Assembly (NCBI RefSeq): GCF_036321535.1 | Contig: NC_087447.1 | Coordinates: 35,094,001-35,158,000 of the forward strand | DNA: 64,000 nt | Direction: 5' to 3' | DNA from: Camelus dromedarius | Lineage: Eukaryota | Part shown: in pieces, positions 26,001 to 35,000 of the stretch | Layout: the number at the start of each line of letters is the position of its first letter | Position numbering within the stretch: the first letter of the stretch is position 1 | Notes under the pieces: model-generated | The model's input: only the letters and a program-made list of their open reading frames with translations | Database searches by the model: none | What the model was told of the DNA's origin: nothing | Translations under genes and position numbers: made by a program

Positions 26001-27517
26001 TAGAAAAAGGAATTTCTAGATCAGATGTTGCCAAATCCTCCTTTTAAAAAAGATTCAATCATTTTACACTCAACAGCAGTTTTGGGAATGCCTGTTTCTC
26101 TGTAGCTTCTTCAAAAGTAATTATCAATCTTTTTAATCTTTGCCAATTTTGATAGGCAAAACCGATGTACTTATTGTTTTAACTCATTTAATTAAATATC
26201 AGTGGTGGTGAGCATCTTTTTATATTATTAGGCCATTTGTATTATCTCTCTGTGAACTGCCTGACGTTTTAAGAAGGGTTTAATTACTAGACTATCTGTA
26301 AGTTTTCCTAACAATTGCTGTATAACTTTTATTTCTGTATCATAAAAATATCTAATTAATACCTTAAAAAGAAGCTAAAACTAAATGTATATATTTGTGC
26401 ATTTTCTGAAATCATGTTTTGTGTGGTATTGTTTTTGTTTTTATCACATAGAGCCATGGAACTGTTACGGGTAAAAAGTCAAAGATCCTGGTCTGTCGGA
26501 CTATCAGTAGCTGACCTGGTTGACAGTATTGTGAACAATAAAAAGAAAGTACATTCTGTATCAATTTTAGCAAAGGTAATTGCTATTCTCATCCTCTCAT
26601 TGTATTTTTCAACATTTTTATTATTAATATAAAACCAGAAAAATGCTGTTCACACTGTAACCCAGGTGTCTTCAGTATCACCAGCTTTTAGAGTAACATG
26701 GGAGGAGACTGTTTGGTCTAAGCCTTATCCTGCTTGGCTATGGAAAGTCTGGACTTCTACCAGGTTGCTCTTTACCTCCATGTAAATTTTGGAATCCCCA
26801 AGAATCATTTCTATATTCCATAAACTTCTGATTGTCAGTTATCTCCTTAGCCACCCAGATTGACATGCCAACTGGTCTTAGCTCCAGTTCAGTTTGTCCT
26901 TTACCACTTTATCCCAAATATTAAGTCCCTAAAGCACAGCTAAGACAAGGCAGAAATGCTTAACCAGATTTTTGTGAAAACTTAGAAGGGAAATAAAACA
27001 TGGAAGGAAAAACTTAAAACAGTTTACTGAATTCGACTGCACCCAGAGTCCATGCTAAGCCTCTCCCCTGGGAATCCATTCTGACAGTCTTTTTTTTAAA
27101 CCCCAACCTACTACCCATATTGCAGCTTACCTCCCTGTAAAGGGAGTGTCTTTAACCCAATTCCTCCCATCTCACAAAAATTTTCTGAAACAATAACTTG
27201 AGTTTGGAAAATGAACAAAAAATTATTTTAAAGTTCAACTTGTATCACTTTGTACTACTAAGACCAGAAAAGCAAAAAACTATCCATATTTATCATACTA
27301 ACTTTTTTGCAGTGATTCAGCTCTATCATTCCAATTTTTTTCATTTCAGGGATATTATGGTATAAATAGTGAAGTGTTTTTAAGTTTGCCTTGTATCCTT
27401 GGAGCAAGTGGGGTGTCTGAAGTCATCAAAACCACAGTGAAAGAAGATACAGTGACTGAGAAACTCCAGAGCAGTGCATCATCAATCCATGGTCTACAAC
27501 AACAGTTAAAACTTTGA
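1909..27517 (+). CDS. UEVLD: UEV and lactate/malate dehydrogenase domain protein, 5'-partial; join(1909..2072,5060..5195,5934..6052,11325..11427,16764..16934,17947..18120,24562..24625,26452..26575,27350..27517)
   Basis: Nine GT-AG exons splice into one open frame of 1223 nt ending TGA at 27515-27517. Translation [27 protein letters not shown]...[11 protein letters not shown]...[14 protein letters not shown] matches UEVLD as recalled. Exons 1-3 lie upstream of the window. Confidence 0.97.
5060..5195 (+). CDS. UEVLD: UEVLD exon 5 (136 nt)
   Basis: ttctgcag|CCTAAA...ACTGAAG|gtttgt; [45 protein letters not shown]. Confidence 0.95.
5934..6052 (+). CDS. UEVLD: UEVLD exon 6 (119 nt, Rossmann GxGxxG)
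   Basis: cttgctag|GTGTCTCA...GCAAAG|gtatgt; [39 protein letters not shown]. Confidence 0.95.
7302..9528 (-). pseudogene. SDCBP: Processed pseudogene of syntenin-1 (SDCBP), full length, in UEVLD intron 6
   Basis: Intronless [11 protein letters not shown] (ATG 9469) to MDHTIPEV* (TAA ends 8412), short 5'UTR, ~1.1 kb 3'UTR, AATAAA (7311-7316, minus), residual poly(A) and a 16-bp TSD (7286-7301 ctatcaggatttcttt; 9529-9544 ctaacagtatttcttt). Lesions: SINE at 9298-9436, +1 nt near 9215, 5-nt duplication at 8931-8940, in-frame TGA at 8718-8720. Confidence 0.95.
9298..9436 (-). mobile_element. tRNA-Ala-derived SINE (Vic-1-like) nested in the SDCBP retrocopy
   Basis: Minus strand ggagggtgtagctcaagtggtcgagcgcatgcttagcatgcacaaggtcctgggttcaatcccc, A-rich tail, 16-bp TSD (9282-9297 and 9437-9452, one mismatch). 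Confidence 0.92.
9700..9900 (-). mobile_element. MIR SINE
   Basis: cattttacagatgaagaaaccagggcatagggaggttatccaacttgccaaagtcac; approximate ends. Confidence 0.7.
9940..10092. mobile_element. MER5-like hAT-Charlie DNA transposon relic
   Basis: aggccctactccagatct...tattttaacaaaatcccaggtgatcc...cttgagaagctctactcta resembles MER5A. Confidence 0.55.
11325..11427 (+). CDS. UEVLD: UEVLD exon 7 (103 nt)
   Basis: ttgtacag|GGCATT...AGCAAAG|gtctgg; [34 protein letters not shown]. Confidence 0.94.
11492..11783 (-). mobile_element. 5'-truncated L1 3' end (L1MC-like) with TSD
   Basis: agactttattttttagagcagttttagg...; 14-bp TSD agtcccagaatttt (11478-11491) and agtcctagaatttt (11784-11797). Confidence 0.75.
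12302..12339. repeat. Perfect 19-bp tandem duplication
   Basis: taaatacaatttataatgt twice. Confidence 0.9.
13603..14165 (-). mobile_element. L1 3' fragment (L1M-like), ORF2 C-terminus and 3'UTR
   Basis: ORF 13821-14054 [12 protein letters not shown]...WINKMWHIH...[11 protein letters not shown] resembles the L1 ORF2p C-terminus. Confidence 0.85.
15335..15570 (+). mobile_element. MIR SINE
   Basis: gaattctggctctgctacttactagctttatgactttgagcaagttacttaacttctctgtgcctca...ctgtaaaatgggga. Confidence 0.8.
16764..16934 (+). CDS. UEVLD: UEVLD exon 8 (171 nt)
   Basis: ttcattag|ATTTGTCT...CAACCAG|gtacaa; (D)[56 protein letters not shown]. Confidence 0.95.
17947..18120 (+). CDS. UEVLD: UEVLD exon 9 (174 nt)
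   Basis: atatttag|TGGAAATC...GACAGAG|gtaaga; (V)[57 protein letters not shown]. Confidence 0.95.
24562..24625 (+). CDS. UEVLD: UEVLD exon 10 (64 nt)
   Basis: atttttag|TGCCCACA...CAACAG|gtaatg; (V)[20 protein letters not shown](R); phases fit exons 9 and 11. Confidence 0.92.
25662..25795 (+). mobile_element. tRNA-Ala-derived SINE (Vic-1-like)
   Basis: ggggagggtatagctcaagtggtagagagcatgcttagcatgcatgaggtcctgggttcaatccccagtacctc; TSD aaatcttag at 25653-25661 and 25796-25804. Confidence 0.92.
26452..26575 (+). CDS. UEVLD: UEVLD exon 11 (124 nt)
   Basis: tcacatag|AGCCATGG...GCAAAG|gtaatt; [41 protein letters not shown]. Confidence 0.95.
27350..27517 (+). CDS. UEVLD: UEVLD terminal exon 12, coding part (168 nt incl. 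stop)
   Basis: catttcag|GGATAT...[64 protein letters not shown]. Confidence 0.95.
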   Translation, partial: GYYGINSEVFLSLPCILGASGVSEVIKTTVKEDTVTEKLQSSASSIHGLQQQLKL

Positions 27518-27864
27518 TTCTAAACTTCAGAGTTACCTTCAAGGAAAGGTTGTTCAATTTTACGTATATATATATGATTGTGAACTCCTATATCTGATTA
27601 TTAACTGCTTGGTTAAAGTAGGTGGTTTCTTGGTTAGCTTTGTAATTTGAATCCTTAGGTAATTAGATAGGAAGGGGAAAAAATCTGATTTTCTTTGTTG
27701 TTTTTGAGATGTCTATACTGTTCTCTAAACCTACACCAGAGATGAACATTGATCTGCAATATGCATCGTTTTAAAATTATGTATCCTCAGCTAGCACATT
27801 CAGCACTTTGGGAATATTTTGAAAATAACACATTTTTTAAAGAAAGTTACTCTTTGACTGTTAT

Positions 27865-30011
27865 AATAAATATGATAAAGCTGAAGGCCCAGCACAAATT
27901 TATGAAATCTGTAAACATTCAAAGGATCCATAGTTTAAGCTATTAATGTTTCTTCTTTAATAGACAGTTGGTAGTAATGGGACTAGAGCATTTTGTCTTC
28001 CCGCTTACAGTTAATTAGCTACCAAAAAATGGAAAATAATTTTACATGTACTTTAAAACAGTAGAAGGGAAAAATGAAATTTTTTTAATATATGAGTAAA
28101 AAGTGTAGTTTAACTTCCAGTGGGACTGTCCTTTCTGGAATTTTCTATAACCCTTTCCTGGGCTGTATAAGATCTCTGACATCTCAAGAACTCACCATAA
28201 CATTAGTAGAACCATAGAGAAATATGTATTTTTAGTGGAAATAAGTTATGAATGAAAGCCAAGCAGTTTAATTTAAAGTTAAAATGTGAAGCTTTCATAA
28301 AAGCCATTATTCTTAATGGGGAGAGATTGGATGGGCTGAGTGTTCTGAGCAAATCCTTTAACTACTCCTGAAGAAATTATTTAGGGTACGTACACTTTGG
28401 TGATGGGTCAATAACAGTATCTTCATATATGAAACATAGCATATTATTATGAATGTGACACACAACTAATAGCAATAACCAACATCAGCTCTTCTAATAT
28501 TTCAGGCAGTGTGATGAGCACTTTATTATTTTATTCTTCAGGATTATTTTTTAATCCTCCCAGTAACCCATTGAGGTAGGGACTATTATCATCATTTTAT
28601 AAAGGAGGAAATTGAGGTTTAGTGTCCAAGATCTTATGACTAAGGACAGTTAACCTTATAACCTCTACTTTTTCAAAACACTAGAAGAGGGAAAAGGCCT
28701 AACAGCCAAAATAGTTACCACAAGACTCTAAAAGTAGGGTCCCATGCTCTTACATTCTCATGTAGGGGATTTTTTTTTTCAACGTAGTTTTTAGAAAGAC
28801 TGATTCTCTGATTTCCCGACTTGCCCTCAGCAAATATAGAGGGGGTATGCATGACATAGCTGTTTAGTTATTTAGTCATTCAGGTAGTTTTGACTGGGAG
28901 GCTGCTATACACCAGCACTATGTTAGGCACTGCAGATACAGTGGTGAGCAAACCTGGACTAGGTACAAGCCCTCGTGATCCTTATAATCTAGTATGGGAG
29001 ACATAGTAATCAAATCTCACAAATAAATGTACAGTCGCAGGTGTAATAAGTACTGTGAAGAAGTTCCAGGTGCTTTGAAAGCTTATTATAGATGAACCCA
29101 AACCTGGTCAGTGAGGTAGGAGCCAGATGGATTGTAAGGACAGACACATCCCTGAATGTGAGGAAACAGACTAATGCTGATTTAGTATAATACTGGATGC
29201 TTACATTGATGAGCTTAAATCATAAAGAAAAGGTGGAATTATATTGTGTTCCACGTTTAAGAAAGTAGAAAAGTATTTAATATGTTTGTAAAGAGTTCCA
29301 CCAGAATGAACTAGCATAAAAATCTTGGACATTTCAAGAGATGAGCATCAGTTCTGTGTAATTTCACTACACAGGTAGATTATTTTGGTGTTACTCTGAC
29401 AGTATATCCTCACTGTCCTTTGTATGAAATAGGAAAGTAAAACTAAAAGAACCATTTCTTGTGTTTTTAAACTAGTCTTTTCTAATATCAGATACCTAAT
29501 TATGCTCTTGAACAATAAACTAATTTAATAAATAATAAATAAGATACTGTATAGATGAATCACTAAGAATTCACTACAGTAATTATAAAAGGAACATGTC
29601 AATACAATAATACTTATTGCGTATCTACTGTTTTTCCAAGTACTCTGTTAGAATCTGAGTACTCAAAGATGAATAATAGTCCTCGCCCTACAGAAGCCCA
29701 CAGTATAGAAGTAATTCAGATATTTCCTTGAGTGTTGAGTATTATAAATCATGTTGTAACTTCCATATGTAAGTCAAGAAGCAGTATCACCATCACCTCA
29801 CTATGATTTGGTGATAATTTGACATTTGTGATCCTTCTGTTAACTTTCACTTTTTCATCTTTCCAAAATCATGCAATGTCTTTTCTTTGTTATGGTTTTT
29901 AGTGGGGCTTGGATTAAAATGCTTCTTTGATATTGTAACAGAGATAAATATTTTACTTTCTAATTTATATTGTAGTTATTCTTAAATATCAAGAATAATG
30001 AACAAAATAAA
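27865..30011 (+). terminator. Candidate UEVLD polyadenylation signals (AATAAA at 27865, 29514, 29527, 29534, 30006)
   Basis: AATAAA hexamers downstream of the stop codon; which ones are used cannot be read from sequence. Confidence 0.4.
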
Positions 30012-31349
30012 GTTTGACTTTAAAATTACCAGGAAATGCCTAATTTACTGAGTGAAAGGAAATGTATTCAGATTGAAGAGAAAGATTCTTTCATATAATT
30101 CATACAGTCCTCAGGATAATTAGTTACTTCATTTTAAGTGAATTAAGTGCAAAATGAAAAAAGATTGGATTTTAATTGTTTTAAACCTTAAAAAAATTTT
30201 TTTAACAAGAAAACCTTTTAAATATATTACCTGCACTTTCCCAATTGATAAAAGCAGAGTTGCTATCATTGAAGCTGCTTCTATGTAAGCTGTGGCTATA
30301 AGAATAGTTTGAAAGTCACATTACTTTTAAGTGTCATATAAGAGGTGCAAGGAAGGACAGACTGCCCTATAGTTTGATTTGACTGGAGCTGTATGCTTAA
30401 TGAACATCTGGTGTGTATATTCCAAAAAAATGATACATACTGGAATAGCCTTCATGTGTGTGTCTTGGCTACAGTGTATATGGTGATGCTTACACATCTT
30501 CAGTTAGTCCCTCTTTGTGTATGTGACCTTCATTTAGATGCCAATTTAGAGAATACCAGTCTGCTCCTCAGTAGCACTATGCTAAAATCTTTTAAATGAT
30601 CATACTTTCACACCATCAAACCCAGGCTGTACAGTACCTTGAACAGCACTGTACTCATGTGGTGATTTGCAATAGAAATGACTAACATAAATGACCACGA
30701 GGGACTTTTATTAGTAGTAGAAATTCAGTTAAGTTAGAGTACCTACTCTTGCACTGTTCAAGGCAACGAGGATCTGAAGATGAGCCTGCCCTCGAAGACT
30801 TGAACTTTGACAGAGGACCAATTGGACTTTAATAGTGGACACATAAGAGTCCAAGGTAGAAGGTAGCCTGTATTATCATTTATGCCTGGGCACAGAGGAG
30901 AGGTTTGATTTAGGGGAATGGTTTCCTGGAGAAAAAATGACTGGCTTCCTGTGAAACGAGGGCTCTGTATTTTGCCCTTATGAATGTAATATGAATAACT
31001 TTTAAGCTTAAAAATAAGAAAGAACCTGATAATCGGAGAGACCCCGAGCATCATCTAATGCAATCCTCTCCTTTTAGAGTCGTAAAAAACTGAAGCTTGA
31101 GCTAGCAGTGCATTTGCTTGCTGTTGTCACGAGGGCAAGTCAATGGCAGAACAGTTTTCTGACCAGTCCAGTGCCTTCCCACTTGATGAATCAGTCATTA
31201 AACCTCACTGCTCATTGGCAAGATCTTTGTATCTCTTCCCTTCCCTGCACCTGCTCTCTTAGTCTAAGGGCAACTGTGAGAGGCCTGCCTATCTTACCCC
31301 AGCTCAGGGTTTCCACCCTAGGAACAGGCTTGCCCTCATCCGAACCTGA

Positions 31350-32080
31350 CCTGGCCTGCGGAGCCCAACCCAAGCTCTGCCTCGGTCGCCGACCTCGGAA
31401 GTGACGTAAGGGAAGCGGAAGCGCTGTGGTAGTGGCCGACTTCCTGTTGTTAGAGGCGGGGGGGTGGGGGGCTGGCGCCTCTGTGTGCGATTGTCTGGGG
31501 CGGCCCTGGAGCGGCTGACCCTCTGCCTGTGGGGACGCGAGTCGCGAGGCGGCCGCCATGGCGGCGTCGGAGAGCCAGCTCAAGAAAATGGTGTCCAAGG
31601 TGAGGCCGCGGCGCGCTCGTCGCTCGGCGCGCGCCCACCGTCCCCTTCCGCGCCGCCCGGGCCTGCCCGACCAGCCCAGCGAGCCCAAGGGCGGGCCCGA
31701 AGCTGGGTGCAGCCCTCAGCCGCCCCTGCGGCCCCCAGCCCAGGGATGCCTGTCGCCTGGTGCCCGAATCCCCGGGCCAGGGCCGGCGGGGGCGGCGACA
31801 GTCAACAAAGGCGCGGAGCGGAGGCCGCCTGCCGCCTGCCACCTGCCGCCCGCCCTCCGCTCTTCGGGGAGAGTTTGGAGCTGTCTGTGGGGCAGTAGTT
31901 TTCGTCTTAGTTTTTATAAACACAAAGAGAGAGTTGTACTTAATTCTCGATCTGGGGCACTCCTCCACTCGTGTCCCAGTGTAGGGATCGTCCGTGTTCG
32001 CCCTTCCCTTGCGGCCCCCAGAGATTGTGTCCTTCTCAGTTTGTATTCCTCACGCGGCTCAATAGCCCACCCGCGGGAGG
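31350..32080 (+). promoter_or_regulatory. TSG101: CpG island and TATA-less promoter of TSG101
   Basis: Sharp GC/CpG enrichment around exon 1; overlapping ETS-CRE CGGAAGTGACGT (31396-31407), further ETS cores (GCGGAAGC 31415-31422; GACTTCCTGT from 31438), GC box at ~31453. Confidence 0.9.
31558..31599 (+). CDS. TSG101: TSG101 exon 1 coding part (42 nt)
   Basis: Kozak gccgcc[18 protein letters not shown]|gtgagg. Confidence 0.96.
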
Positions 32081-35000
32081 TCAGTAACTATTGGTTGAAT
32101 TGGCTCAATTATAAGTAAAAATGTCCTGAGAAGCCAAAACACCAGTACCTCACTACCGTGGGGGAAATAAATAGAATTGTTACCGTTTCAGGGACTTTTA
32201 TTTGTTAGGAGTAACTACCTTTAATTGTATGCTTATAACGCGAATTTATTTGTTTTGAAACGTGATCTTAACAGTTCAATACTAGCGTCTTTTTTCACTT
32301 TTTAAAAAGCAGATAGGCATTTGGTATTTAAAGCTGTGAATTATTATGACAACTACTTCAGATGTGGTACCTGACACCAACCAGTGTGAACTGAGTGATT
32401 GTCTTTGTTTCAGTTTACCAAGCTAATTGGAATAAGATGTGAAGTGGCTGAGAGTTCAATCTTCTCCAATTAGACGGGTTAGCTTTTAGATACTTTTGTC
32501 AGAATGGTAGAAAGCAAAGTAGTTTAAGCAACTGTCAGTATTATTAAAACATATTATTATGTATAAACTTACTTCTTTGAAAAATATACCTTTGTCCCCT
32601 AGTAGTCATCCCCGAAGTCTTTGGTTGAAGAGTAACCTCTAAAGAGAAAGTAAAGTGATTTTTGAAATAAAGCTTCTCTTGGTTGTCTAATCATATCTTC
32701 TAGGCTTCTGGTTTTCTCTAATAGAGTAGTTACCCTTAATTGTAGAGGAGGTTTTGGGGAGCCCTGGAAGATTGTGGCCCAGCTCTGTGTTGTAACATTT
32801 ATATATCACTTTTTTTTAAGTACTTTGTTTTACGTACTGTGTAACTGAAGAGTATCTGTTCCGTACTATTTTTGATCTTTTAAGTTGATAACATAGTCAT
32901 TAAGGTTTATTCCTTAACATATTTGTATAAATATTTACATATAAGGACCAGAATATTCAAATACTGGTTTTTAATTTTAAAAACCATAATTAAGTTTCCT
33001 AAACTTCCTCTAGAGAAACCTGCCTTCAGAGACAGAGGCAGAACATCTTTAGAAGATACTTTATATCTCCACCTGCATTCCCTTTTCTCCACTCTCTTTA
33101 TACCCCAAGAACAGAAAAAGGACATAGGGAAGAGGTGGGAGAGGGCATTCTGTCTTTCTTCTGATTCTTGGCCCAATGTCTGAAAAACTGAGTCTCCTAC
33201 AAGTGGTGCTGTCAGTTCTGAGTATCAGCATCTTTTCTGTCAAGTCTGTGAATAGATAGGTAGGAATAGTAAGGATAATAGGAGCAGTTTGTGGAGTTAC
33301 TTCCTCCTGGTAGAGGGCTAGCTTCAGGTGTTATCCTTTCAGTTGGGTGTGGTCCAGTGTAGGAACTGGTACCAGGGACCCTGGACACATTGCTAGGGTG
33401 ATGGGCCTTTAATTTTTATCTGATTGTGGGACCTCCACCACTCATCATGGTACTTTGGGCCATTTCCTTATCTTTTTTTTTTAAAGATATAATTGACATA
33501 CAACATTATATTATCTTTTTATATATTATTACAGATAATTTTTTCCTTTGAGCATTTTATTTTAGCTTCCAACTTAAATATAGCTTTTAGTTTAACACCC
33601 TTCTCTGTCATCATTTTTGTAGTTAACAGAGGTAAATTTATACTGTTAGTCCATCTTGCTTTATACAAATAACTTGAATTTTTCACACAGACAACTACCT
33701 GTATTCTTACATAATATATCTACAGCTTCCTGGAGGTGGAGTCACTAGTAACTAGGTAGAAAAGAGCTGACACATTTAAGACTGTCATGCACTCCTCACT
33801 GTTTTAGGTTCTAGGGATATAACAGTGAACAGCCAGACAGAAGACTCTACACTTGTGGAATTTAAATTCTCATAGGAGGCAATAAACAACTTGATGGGTA
33901 CATTAAGTAGCTGTTAGAGAGTGATAAGTGCTTTGCAGAAAAGTAAAGTAGGAAGGGATAGTGCTCAAAGGTAAAGATAGGATGGGTTGCAGTTTTACAG
34001 AATAGTAAAGGAAGGCCTTCCTGAGGTCTGTTTGATCAGAGACCTGAAAGAGGCGAGGAAGCATACTGGAACAATCTGGAGTAAGAGCATTCCTGGAAGA
34101 AGGAAAAACAAGTGCAAAGGCCCTGAGACAGAAGCTTGTCATGCATTAGAGGAACAACAAAGAGAGCTAAGGGGGCTGGACTGCAGTGAGCAAGGGGGAA
34201 ACAGCAATAAGTAAAGGTATGGTAGATTTTGGAGGGTCTTGCAGGCCACTGTAAGCACTTTGGCATGTATTTGGAGTATGGTGGGAAGCCACTGATCTGT
34301 TTAACAATATTGCTCTCTCTAGCTGCTGTGTTGAGACTAGATTGTAGGAGGTTAAGTAGAGTGGAGGCAGACACCTATAAAAAGGCTGTTGCAGTAACCT
34401 GAGTGTAGCTATGAAGGTGGTGAGAAGTGATCAGATTCTGGTTATTTTTGAAGGTAGATCTAACAGGATTTTTCTGACAGACTCACCATGGATGTGTAGG
34501 AAAGAGAGGCATCCAGGATAACATCAAGGTTTTTGTCCTGAGCAGTTGGAAGGATATAGATATGGAAGACTGTAAGAGGAGTAGATTGGGTGTGGGACAA
34601 GATAAGGAGTTCAGTTTTGATCGTATTAAATTTGACATTCATTAGATACCCAGATTGGCAATTGGATATACATGTCTAGAGTTCAGGAAAGAGGTTCAAA
34701 CTGGAATTTTTAAGTTTGGGAGTTATCAGTGTATAAATGGTATTTTAAGCCATGTGTGAAGGAGATCACCAAAGGAGTGAGTTTAGATACAGAAGAGGAC
34801 CAAGAACTGAGCCTTGGCACTCAGTAATATTAAGATAAGAAGAAAAAGAACCACCGAAGACATTGAGAAGGGGCAGCCACAGAGAAGAGAAAAACAAGCA
34901 GTGGTGTCCTGGAATCAAGTGAAGAACATGTTTTAAGACAAAAGAATCGACTTGGTCAAATGCTGCTGATAGGTTAAGTAAGGTAAAGACTGAGAATTGG

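Noticed and set aside
27500..27525. Possible peroxisomal PTS1 or LDHB-like stop read-through at the UEVLD C-terminus
   Set aside because: Terminus is LKL rather than SKL-type, and the context TGA-TTC-TAA lacks the TGA-CTAG read-through motif.
31108..32118. Several long overlapping ORFs (98-186 aa) on both strands
   Set aside because: Expected stop-codon scarcity in a CpG island; only 31558-31599 is coding.
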